From Phyllobates terribilis (Eukaryota): a stretch of 64,000 nucleotides of DNA. How positions within the stretch are numbered: the stretch's first letter is position 1; every line of letters begins with the position of its first letter. Where the stretch lies: NCBI RefSeq assembly GCF_046119375.1, contig NW_027362761.1:494202001-494266000 (forward strand), in the 5' to 3' direction. The translations under genes and the position numbers were made by a program. The notes beneath the pieces were generated by a model. That model searched no databases and had not been told where the DNA came from. It saw only the letters and a program-made list of their open reading frames with translations. Below are positions 1 through 10,138 of this stretch, one piece after another.

Positions 1-679
1 TCCAATATTCGGATCGCACTTGGCCATGCAAATCAATGAGTAAGTAGAAATCAACGGACTGCACTCGGACGACATCTGAATGCAGTCTGTTTTCCGTGCA
101 CTTACAGAATGGAGAAGATAGAGAAATTTTGTTCTCCTCATTGAATCACACTATGCTGACACTCGGATCAAACTCTGAGAGTTTGATCAGAGTGTAATTT
201 GCATAATCGGCTTAATTCTCTCTGTTGTGAGAATATTCGGCCGTTTGCTCAAGCCTTGAAAGTCATGGCATATTGGTAAAGGGAACACTTGTATCTATGC
301 TTATCATACGAGTGCAACGTGGTGCGGTGTGGTAGCCGTGGGCGAGCTGCCCGTCTCTTAAGCATCGGCATGTTACATGAAAGCCTGGTATTTTACAGTT
401 CAATGAGGGAGACAACCAGTCAAAATTAAGCTTTTTATGGGCACCACGGTGGCTCAGTGGTTAGCACTGCAGCTTTGCTGCGGTGGGGTCCTGGGTTCAA
501 ATCCCACCAAGGACAACATCTGCAAGGAGTTTGTATGTTCTCCCCGTGTTTGCATGGGTTTACTCCAGGTTCTCCAGTTTCCTCCCACACTCCAAAGACA
601 TACTGATAGGGAATGTAGATTGAGAGCCCCAATGGGGACAGCGATGATAATGTATGTAAAGTGCTGTGGAATATGTTGG

Positions 680-1035
680 TGACTCGCCCCCTGGGCCGTG
701 GGGCAGTAGTGGCAACCCAGTTCCGTGGCTCAGGGTGGTCAGACCATTGGTAGTCTGCTTCGCGCTGTTGATGTGTCCGACTACGCCACCCGTGGATTGC
801 GGTCAGTGCGGACTGCCGCTGCCAGGTAGACCGCTGGGGCTGATGATGTATGCAGCTGGGATAGTGTCACTCCCCACGGGAAGAGTGTGGCCCTATGGCA
901 GTATAATGGAAGATGGGGGTGATGGTGCAGGACGTCCCAGTACCATTAGTGCTGGAGGAGCAAGGAGCACACAGACAACAGGTTGCAGTCCAGGGTCTTT
1001 ACTAGACCAGGTGAACTGACCCACAAACAGGCCGG

Positions 1036-1098
<63 letters not shown>

Positions 1099-1671
1099 AG
1101 GCCTACCATGCTCTCTGCGCTCCTTCTGGCTATCTCCTCCTGGTAGGGTAACAGCCCACCGTTCCAAGCTCACCGTGTCCTCTCGCCCGTATGGTTTGCA
1201 ATGTGGGTTCCTTTCTACTCCCGGCCTGTATGGCTCTGCTGGTCCCTTCTGCTGTGGCGGGGCCTCCGGGCTTCTTAGGCCAAGGAACGTACAGTCCCCT
1301 GCGGACTGGTTATCTGCTGTAGGACGTGGAATCCTCACAGCCTCAGACACCAAAGTCTGGTAGAGTAGTCTCTTTGTCTGCCAGGACAGGTGTACTTCAC
1401 CTCTTGTCCGTGGCTCTCCTACTGCCACACGTCCTCTTAGGCTGCAACACAACTGTCTCTCCCTGCTCTGGGACACCTCTCAATGCAGAGACAGGTCGTC
1501 CAGTTCTCCCTAACCCTGCCCTCAGTACCAGCTTTTATAGGGGCAGCCAGCTCCCCCTACTGGCCTGAGACAGGAGGCATTGCATGCTAATGTTCCCCTG
1601 ACCAGAGAACCTCCCCCTTGCTCTCAGACACAGCTTTATTATATTTGTGGCATCCAGCCAAGGGTGACACA
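680..1671 (-). mobile_element. Solo Gypsy-type LTR related to the element B LTR
   Basis: Termini TGACTCGCCC...GGGTGACACA with 4-bp TSD TTGG (676-679, 1672-1675). TATAAAA on the minus strand (~1533-1539). Shares GCAGTCCAGGGTCTTTACT and CGACTACGCCA motifs with the LTRs at 53624. Confidence 0.85.
1034..1099 (+). repeat. (GGGTGA)11 microsatellite inside the solo LTR
   Basis: Perfect hexamer repeat read directly from the sequence. Confidence 0.95.
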
Positions 1672-4600
1672 TTGGCACTATATAAAAATAAAGATTATTA
1701 TTAGTTTATTGAATGGAAAACTTGTTAGGGAATATATACAAGAGATAACAGGCACACAGACTTATGAACGTATCCTTTACAACTTAAAGCATTTTCCACA
1801 CAGTTTCCTTCCTTCTTTTCTCTATTGTTCTCTATCTTCACTTTTCCTCTTTACTGTCTCTATAGGTCCTTTGTATTCGCTGTTCCTCACTACTTCACCA
1901 CAACCCAGCTTAACACTACAGTCCTGCTTAGGAAGAGTCATGTAATCGTCCCGTGGTTCCGCATCTTCTTTCCCCTAATGGTGCCAGTATGACTGGTACT
2001 TATCTTCTCTAGTAATGATGCACTGGAACTTCCATCCGGGGCATTTTACTTATCTCACATACTCTTTGAGTTGTAAACTCTGGACCTTGCAACTAGGTGT
2101 CCACTCTCATGACCTGTCTCTGGTAGTTCACACTGTCTATCAGTCACTTCTGCTCTGGATCTCGCTATCTTTTCCTTTCGGTCTCATCTCAGTTTAGGGA
2201 CACCCCAGACTGTGGCACTGCTCACATTTTACCTTAGGTCCTCTTTTTATGCACTCTGGGCCCTGTCTGACTCACTACCAGGAAATTGTCACTTTCCCTT
2301 CAACATAGCCCCTCCCACTATGAGTTAGTCCCAAACATTAACTCTATCCATCCCTGCTGTCAAACTACTCTCATTATCAATATTACTAACATCTTTAACG
2401 CACATCACAATTCACATTACATCACATAACATTAAACTTGTTTCTTCAAGCAAGAACGTGGGCAACATATCCATCTCCTTACACGGGACTTTTTTTTTTT
2501 CTATAGGGCTAATAACTTACTGGCAGATATTTGATATCTACCTGCCTGTGCTGCTTTGCAATGATATTTTCTGGTTCAGTTCGGTCATGCATCACTCCTG
2601 ACTGTGATTCTCCTGTTCCCTGTGACGGCACATCAACAGAGCAGGTTCTTCTATTCTGCTGCTTCCTTTGACCTCACGTCGACAGAGCACCTCTTTCTTC
2701 ACCGCTCTGCTTTGTCAACGGGGTGTCACCACCAACGTCATACTGATTGACAGTCGGCTCCCCGCCGCCTAACTGTGGGAAGCTGGCTGTGAATCAGCAT
2801 GACTTTAGCAGTGGATGTGTGACGCCTCTACTCGTAAAGCCCCTGTTTTACCCTGGGTGTTGGGGCACTCTGTGTCGGGCCCTGTGATGGAGAGGTGGGA
2901 TGCAGCCGTGGCCCGGGCCCGACCCGCGCTCAGGGCCGTCACATTAGAAAGAGATGGTATGGGCTTGTCCGGGTTGAGTGGCTGATTAACAACTACGCCA
3001 CCTGTGGTGCCTGATGAAGGGTCACCAACGCCGCTGCAGTCCGCTGAGGCATGGTGTTATGGCGGCCAAAGTTCTTACTACTCCCCACAGGCGGAGCAGG
3101 ACCTCAGGGCAGAGGGACAGGATGGAGGGGGTAGTAGTTGAGGAGAACGGGCTCCGCGTCTCGCGGTGTGGCGCAGAAATAACAGTCCGGAGGCCATAGG
3201 GGTGAACTTCCAAGGCTTTACTCACTTCAGAGATGGCAGAAGGAAGGCGACTCCCTGCTCCCCGCGGAGTCCTGCGGTCTCCAGGGACAGGGGTCCGACA
3301 ACCTCCGAGTAAGTCCAGCATTCAGTCGCGGCCCTACAGCAGAGTGTTCCTGAACTACAGACCGAATCCTTTCCTGTCCGTGTGTGTGCAAATAGGCCAG
3401 GTCTCCCTCTGAGCTCCTCTCAGAACTAGGGCACGGGTGGCAATTCCTCTCCATCCGATACCCGGTGGGATCCTCTGGGCCTAACCGGGCTTTCCCGACC
3501 AGGACATAGAGTAGCAAGGTCGGGTGTCGGGGGCCGGTACCCCTCTTGCAGCCGGAATCCCTCTGAATAGATCAGCTAGGCGAGGACAGGTGGCGTACAC
3601 TGCTCCGTCTGCATCCTCCCCGGGACCCATTTGCTGTGGAGCCACACTCTAGAGCTCCCGGGCCTTCTTGCTCATGGTCCTCGACCGGGCTGAGATAGTC
3701 CTTATCTCCCACCTGCCTATCATCCCAAGGCCTAGGGACTAGGGTCGTGTCTCCATCCCCTGCAGGACCACACAGGATCCACTTTCAGGGTAGGAGATAC
3801 GTTCTGACACCAGTCAGGGCACAGCCGAAAGACCCATCAAAAGACCAAGATCAAAGATGGCTTTACATTAAATAATAGATTAGAAGCGTAACTAATTTGT
3901 AAGTCCTCCACCCTCACCCACTAACTGGTTCCTACCACTTTGTGTTCCCCAGTCTCCCTGTAACCAGGGGAGCAGCACCTAGTGCATACTAGCCCCCCTT
4001 GGATGCAAGAGATTTGGTCACGACTATCACACTGACCTTACCTCAGAGGAGGAACACCACACTCCATTGAAGATAGTGCAGCATCCCTGTGGCGGTCGAA
4101 CCCTCAGGGGCGCCACATTCCCCCCTGGTAAAACACAGCACGTCCGCGGGCTGCAAAAGAAGTAACACCCAGGAAATTTCTTTTTATAATAACAAGAAAA
4201 CTATCATCCCTTTATGGGAGGCACCATTTCTTAAACGTTGCATAACAGGATATACAGTATAAAAATCTAAAAGTATAAAATTACAAAAGTGCTAGCATTT
4301 TTCCAGAGACATTAGTGCAAACAGACAGATAAAAGTGCAAGGACGCAGAGTCAGTTCAGAAGTGCGAGGGACCTGCCCTAAACCCTCAACGTGGGCCCTG
4401 GGATGGCTGCAGGGCATGAAGATCCCGAGTTGGACCTTCCGGAGAGCCACCCTGACAGGTTTTTCTTCTGATGTCTTGAGGTAGAAATATCCGCGGTTTT
4501 TGTATAAAACCAATGTGGAGCACCTAAAGAGATGCAAACTATTTACAATTTAAAGAGTCTGTCTGCTGCCAGTCCGCAGGGATACGTGTCTCTAGAAGCC

Positions 4601-4676
4601 GGTTAAGAAATTAAGCAATAATAGAAAAAGTCAACATTTAAACTTGTAAACAAAACAGAAACAGCCGGAGGCTGCT

Positions 4677-5765
4677 TTACACCTCGGGCTCCCTCCTTGG
4701 AAAGGGCTCATTCCTCCCGACGGAGGCTAGCCGGTCCCCTGAGGCTGAGTGCGGGGTGGCGTCGCTCCCGGACACTTTGTGCACGTCCAGGGCGTACCAC
4801 CCTCGCTCCCCCTGGTGGCGAGAGAAAGTCACTGTATCGCCCGGGAAGAGGTTCCGACCAGGGTGTCCCTTCTTGAGGCGCGGCTCGACGTCCCGCCGGC
4901 TGACGAACACATCATCCTGGTAATGGGGACACCGGATGAACCCCCACCCCGCCTCATGGTGAAAACGGACGACTTTGCCTTCCAATCGGGGACTGGAACG
5001 GATGGCCTCCTCCTGACGGGCCCGGGATTTGGCAGCTTTGGCCCGTACCTCGAGGTGCTCGCAGCGCTGCTCCCGCTGACCCCGCTCCCGAGCGAGCTGG
5101 AAGATCTGGCCACTGCACCACTGGCTCCTCCTCCACGCTTGAGCCCGGGTCTCCCGGGGGAAGCCCATCAGGTCGCCACCCTGGTTTTCCCAGGCCCACT
5201 CCTCAGCCTCGGGCCAGGTTACTGTTGGTGCGGGTAGCGGGGTAAGAACAGGTTGCTGCGGGTCCTCCACGGACCAGTCCAGGTTGGAGCCGGTAGTTTC
5301 CTCCGCAGTTTCAGGCACCTCCGTGTCAGGGTTTGGGCGGCATCGCAGGTCCCCACCCATAGCTGCCGATTGCAGCTCTGGAGCTAACGCTTGCTCCCAG
5401 GAGACCGCGTGGGGAATTAGATACTCCGTCATGAGGTCCAGGATAGTCACGGTAGGCTCTGCAGCCGGGGCAGGGGTTGCACGCTCACCCGCCTCTAGGC
5501 TGCCCTCGACCTCTGTCACCGCGTCGACTTGTCCCGGGACCTCGACTCCTTGGCGGCGGTCCCGGATACGCAGCAGCATCTCCTCCTGCCACGCAGCCGT
5601 CGCCGCCTCCTGGGCCTCTCTTTGCTTTCTCAAGTGTCCCGGAGCTTCCTGCCGGAGAAATGCAAAATCTCCCGAGGTCAACACGCTGCCGCCTTCCTCT
5701 CTGCCGGGTGAAGGGCCTGAACCGGGTTCAGAAGATGCATGGACTTGCTCCCCAGAGGCGTCCAT
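4677..5765 (-). CDS. 362-aa protein: acidic/low-complexity N-terminal part, putative coiled coil, C-terminal cold-shock domain (aa ~260-331, nt ~4773-4988)
   Basis: Segment LEGKVVRFHHEAGWGFIRCPHYQDDVFVSRRDVE...LFPGDTVTFSRHQGERGWYALDVHKV aligns by eye with the CSD consensus (G.V.WF....GFGFI.......DVFVH...I......L..G..V.F....G..G..A..V). RNP1-like GWGFI and RNP2-like DVFVS are present. The ORF is uninterrupted. Confidence 0.85.
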   Translation of the reverse strand: MDASGEQVHASSEPGSGPSPGREEGGSVLTSGDFAFLRQEAPGHLRKQREAQEAATAAWQEEMLLRIRDRRQGVEVPGQVDAVTEVEGSLEAGERATPAPAAEPTVTILDLMTEYLIPHAVSWEQALAPELQSAAMGGDLRCRPNPDTEVPETAEETTGSNLDWSVEDPQQPVLTPLPAPTVTWPEAEEWAWENQGGDLMGFPRETRAQAWRRSQWCSGQIFQLARERGQREQRCEHLEVRAKAAKSRARQEEAIRSSPRLEGKVVRFHHEAGWGFIRCPHYQDDVFVSRRDVEPRLKKGHPGRNLFPGDTVTFSRHQGERGWYALDVHKVSGSDATPHSASGDRLASVGRNEPFPRREPEV

Positions 5766-6125
5766 GTCTGCCTCTGTTGATTGCCAAGCTCCGACTGCAA
5801 TGGCCGCACCTTGTTGCTTTTCTTCTTCCTCCTCTTTCGGGGCGGTTCCTGGGCGGAATGCTGACCGGCCAACCTTCGTTCAGCCCATCCAGTTTGACGG
5901 GCATTACCCCGCGGACAGTCTCTGATGGAAGGGGCCGTCCACATTTTTGGCGCCAAGCGGGAGCCCAGTCCACGATGGGAGGCGTTCAAAGACAGTCTTT
6001 TTACAGCACTATGGCGTCTGTACTTCTTGGGCGGGCGCCATTTTAAGTGTAAAACAACAGTTCAAGGTGTAAGGCACACAGTACCCGGTAGCAATGGGTA
6101 ATTCTTCCTTTGCTGCGGGCACGAG

Positions 6126-6143
6126 ATCCTGCCGACTACGCCA
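6126..6143 (-). other. Primer-binding site, tRNA-Ser (AGA/TGA type), element A
   Basis: Minus strand TGGCGTAGTCGGCAGGAT is complementary to the vertebrate tRNA-Ser 3' end ...ATCCTGCCGACTACG-CCA (tRNA sequence recalled, not searched). 3-nt spacer to the LTR. Confidence 0.88.
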
Positions 6144-7952
6144 GGTTGTGACGCCTCTACTCGTAAAGCCCGTGTTTTACCCTGGGTGTTGGGGGACTCT
6201 GTGTCGGGCCCTGTGATGGAGAGGTGGGATGCAGCCGTGGCCCGGGCCCGACCCGTGCTCAGGGCCATCACATTAGAAAGAGATGTTATGGGCTTGTCCG
6301 GGTTGAGTGGCTGATTAACGACTACGCCACCTGTGGTGCCTGGTGAAGGGTCACCAGCGCCGCTGCAGTCCGCTGAGGCATGATGTTATGGCGGCCAAAG
6401 TTCTTACTACTCCCCACAGGCGGAGCAGGACCTCAGGGCAGAGGGACAGGATGGAGGGGGTAGTAGTTGAGGAGTACGGGCTCCGCGTCTCGCGGTGTGG
6501 CGCAGAAATAACAGTCCGGAGGCCATAGGGGTGAACTTCCAAGGCTTTACTCACTTCAGAGATGGCAGAAGGAAGGTGACTCCCTGCTCCCCGCGGAGTC
6601 CTGCGGTCACCAGGGACGGGGGTCCGACAACCTCTGAGTAAGTCCAGCATTCAGTCGCGGCCCTACAGCAGAGTGTTCCTGAACTACAGACCGAATCCTT
6701 TCCTGTCCATGTGTGTGCAAATAGGCCGGGTCTCCCTCTGAGCTCCTCTCAGAACTAGGGCACGGGTGGCAATTCCTCTCCATCCGATACCTGGTGGGAT
6801 CCTCTGGGCCTAACTGGGCTTTCCCGACCAGGACATAGAGTAGCAAGGTCGGGTGTCGGGGGCCGGTACCCCTCTTGCAACCGGAATCCCTCTGAATAGA
6901 TCAGCTAGGCGAGGACAGGTGGCGTACACCGCTCCGTCTGCATCTACCCCGGGACCCATTTGCTGTGGAGCCACACTCTAGAGCTCCAGGGCCTTCTTGC
7001 TCATGGTCCTCGACCGGGCTGAGATAGTCCTTATCTCCCGCCTGCCCATCATCCCAAGGCCTAGAGACTAGGACCGTGTCTCCATCCCCTGCAGGCCCAC
7101 ACAGGATCCACTTTCAGGGTAGGAGATACGTTCTGACACCAGTCAGGGCACAGCCGAAAGACCCATCAAAAGACCAAGATCAAAGATGGCTTTACATTAA
7201 ATAATAGATTAGAAGCGTAACTAATTTGTAAGTCCTCCACCCTCACCCACTAACTGGTTCCTACCACTTTGTGTTCCCCAGTCTCCCTGTAACCTGGGGA
7301 GCAGCACCTAGTGCATACTAGCCCCCTCTGGTGGAGAAGTGTGGTGTTGGATGCAAGAGGTTGGGTCACGACTATCACACTGGCCTTACCTCAGAGGAGG
7401 AACACCACACTCCATTGAAGAAGTGCAGCATCCCTGTGGCGGTCGAACCCTCAGGGGCGCCACAGATGCACTGTCGACAACAGAGCAGAAAAGAAAGAGA
7501 GTAAGCTGCTCGATCGACGTGAGGTCAAAGGAAGCAGGATAATGGCACATGAGCCTGGAGAGATTGTAACAGGCAGAACAGACAAGTAGTTAGCAACTAC
7601 CTGCTTGTAAGCTCTTAGCCATATAGGAAAATAAAACAGTCCCAGATATGCTGGCTTTGCAGCATCTTGCTGACATCACTGTCAAGCACAGAGCTATGAT
7701 GCCTGTAATACAGCAGGTGATGGCTGAGGACACTGATCGGCTGCAGTGGTCACAAGGTAACAGGAGTATCTGCATTGCATCAGCTGGAAAAGAAGTAGTG
7801 AGCACTTTTTTTTCCTGTACTATTTTCAGCTGTTTTTTAGGTTTTTCTTTTTTCTGTTTTGGAAACTGATAATCCCTTCTTAACTGCTTTAGGCAACTGG
7901 AAGTGTTCATATTAACCCTTTCAGTAGTACTAATAATAATATGTAAAGCTAC

Positions 7953-8375
7953 TGTTATGATCTGCTACAAGCACTAAGGAAAGAAAGGAGATCTGTCCCT
8001 ACAATAGAACTAAGCTAGATCCCTACGATGTAATGGGGAACCTGATCCTGCGATCAGACCCGCTAAAGTCCTCGGCTAGTCTGTACGAAGACCTATAGAT
8101 GCAAGGGAGGGATCCCTACAAGAACTAGGGACTGGGATAAAGTTGGGCACCTCTTAGCAGAAATTGTAGCAGTAAAAGACAAACACACAACATAGAACAT
8201 AAAGGTCCGAAGACCAAGCTAAACAAACTGAGAAAGGTAACTAAGCACCAGGCTAACTTAAGAGTAGAAATTACAATGAAGTCCAGCAAGGCCAGGAGGG
8301 CGGAGCAGGATTAAATAGGCAAACAAGGTCATGTGACCAGCAAGATAGAAGAAACCTAACAGGAGAGTTCTAACA
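7953..8375. mobile_element. Solo LTR of an unrelated family (same family as 47469-47903)
   Basis: TGTTATGA...TTCTAACA termini, perfect 5-bp TSD GCTAC. Clear similarity to 47469-47903. Confidence 0.85.
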
Positions 8376-8440
8376 GCTACACCACAAAGTTCACTTTTTA
8401 CACAGCTGATACTCTTTGTTGGAAGTTGTTGTAACCTTAT

Positions 8441-9426
8441 TGTCGTGCCCAGGGGATGCGGACAACTCGGTACCCGGGCCTTTACCTGGTTTGGGGATGT
8501 CACGGTGGTCGGCTCCCAGGCCCGTAGCCTGGGGTCACTCTTGAAAAAGGGGATTGTAACTTGGATAGAAAAATAAAAATAAAGTAAATAGTTTGTGACG
8601 CCACCTGTGGTACCTGGTAAGGTTTACCAGATCTGCTGCAGACCTCCGGGGGGGTGTTGGGATGTCAGCTGAGGTGTTTCTGCTCCCCACAGGTGGAGTG
8701 GGCCCCAGGGGCAGTGTGGAGTTTGATGGTGGGTGGTGATGCTGGGGCTTGTAGTGCAGGCGGGATGGCGCAGCAGGAGTAACTGACAGAGACAGGGGAT
8801 TCGCTTCAATACCTTTACCAATGCGGATGTCAGGTACGTTCCAGGGTACTCAGTAGGATGGGTGCACTTCAGGACTTCTCCCCAGTGAGCGGGTATAAGG
8901 CCTCCTGGTCCGTGTCTGCCTCTCTGTATGCTCCTGGCCAGCCTGCAACTGGGCCTAGCTTATGTGTCGTGCTGTTCCTTCACCTGTCGCTCGGTAGTAG
9001 GACCTTCAGGTCAGCCAGGGACTTGTAGTCCTCCTGGAATGCCGGTGATCCCTACTGGGTATAAAGGACCCTGTAGGCGCGGACCCGGTGTCCGGTTTGT
9101 ATATCGGGGTGAGCCTTTGATACTCCTCTGCCCCCTCAACTCCTCTCTCCTTTCTCCTCTTGCCTTCGGCCACACTCGGGGCCCTCAAAACGGCAGCAGA
9201 CGTGCTGCGTCTTCGCTGCTCTCAGCGTAAGCACGCTCTCTCAACTACTAACTCTGACTGAACTGAACTGCCTGGCTCCACCCTCCATATATATATCCCT
9301 AACGGGCTCCCTCTGGTGGTGTGAGGTGGAAGGGTGGAGGTGTTTGTATGTAACGAGGGCCTCTTGTGGAGAAGTCCGTCCATGCACCCTGGGTCCTGTG
9401 GTACCTGTGAACAGCAGGGTGCCACA
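8441..9426 (-). mobile_element. Diverged solo LTR related to the autonomous Gypsy at 29072
   Basis: The first ~200 bp align to 29072 onward (CCCAGGGGATG...ACTCGGTACC...GTGACGCCACCTGTGG). Ends GGTGCCACA. TSD is not clean (TTAT/TTGG). Confidence 0.75.
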
Positions 9427-9772
9427 TTGGTGCAGACTGCTGGACTAAAACTCCGGCAAGTCAAGTCTGCAAGTTGTGAACATGACCTGCTCCGTGTGCA
9501 GCACATGAGTGTAGGAGCTGCCTGTTATTGACATGCACTAGCCTGGTCCATACATCAGACCAGATTAGCACATGGTGCAAATTTTTTTCACACTGATAAT
9601 TGGTCCATGGGAAAAATTGATGATCAAAGACAAACAGGTTATTATTGCATCAGCATGCCATACATTGAGCACATGGACAGAACACTGACCTAAAATGTGG
9701 CTTTCTGAATGAGCCCTAATAGAGTGCTCAGAGAGTCCATTTTGGCTGCTATCACCAATATACTTTTATTAA

Positions 9773-10138
9773 AAGGGTTGTCCGGTCCAAATCGATAAGT
9801 CTGCAGTGACTCTGTGTGACTGCACTTATGAATTCCCCCAGCGCGAGCACTTTGCACTGCGGGCATTTGCCGGTTTCTGAGCCTGGACCGCAGGGTATGA
9901 GTTATACATACTCCTGGCCAGAGCCCGTATAGTGGGCGTGGCCTTGCTCCATACCAGTGTATGGAAGCGAGGCTGTTCCTCCCTGGCCGGGAGTATGTAT
10001 AACTTATACATACCCTCCGGTCCCGGCTCAGATACCGGCGAATATCTGCAGTGCACAGTGCATGCGCTGGGGGGGATTCATAAGTCTGCATTCACACAGA
10101 GTGTCTGCAGATTTATTGATTTTGGCCAGACAACCCTT
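9773..10138. mobile_element. T2/Kolobok-type MITE
   Basis: TTAA flanks on both sides; inverted termini AAGGGTTGTC...GACAACCCTT; internally palindromic. Confidence 0.75.

Larger units (their letters stand above)
439..1705 (+). mobile_element. tRNA-derived V-SINE (439-679, tail resumes 1672-~1705), split by a solo LTR
   Basis: Pol III A-box TGGCTCAGTGG (450-460) and B-box GGTTCAAATCC (494-504). V-domain core (GGAGTTTGTATGTTCTCCCCGTG...TTTCCTCCCACA). L2-like tail GTAAAGTGCTGTGGAATATGTTGG|CACTATATAAAAATAAAGATTATTATT rejoins across the LTR. Confidence 0.85.
2818..7464 (-). mobile_element. Element A: non-autonomous Gypsy-type LTR retroelement encoding a cold-shock-domain protein
   Basis: LTRs 2818-4117 and 6147-7464 (TGTGAC...GCCACA), 4-bp TSD GATG (2814-2817, 7465-7468). 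PBS at 6126-6143, PPT AGGGGGAA next to 4117. The 2.0-kb interior has no gag, RT or IN motifs. Confidence 0.93.
2659..7537. repeat. Inverted-repeat (MITE-like) host sequence into which element A inserted
   Basis: The 24-mer CTGCTTCCTTTGACCTCACGTCGA (2659-2682) is the exact reverse complement of 7514-7537. A related sequence occurs at ~62630-62735. Confidence 0.5.

Noticed and set aside
1034-1099. Interstitial telomere
   Set aside because: The unit is TGAGGG, not TTAGGG, and it corresponds to a single motif in related LTRs.
3011-3017. CTGATGA hammerhead-like core in the element A LTR (retrozyme idea)
   Set aside because: The sister LTR reads CTGGTGA, and no GAAA core with flanking stems could be built.
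5284-6046. Plus-strand ORFs antisense to the CSD gene
   Set aside because: Expected shadows of a GC-rich coding region; no motifs.
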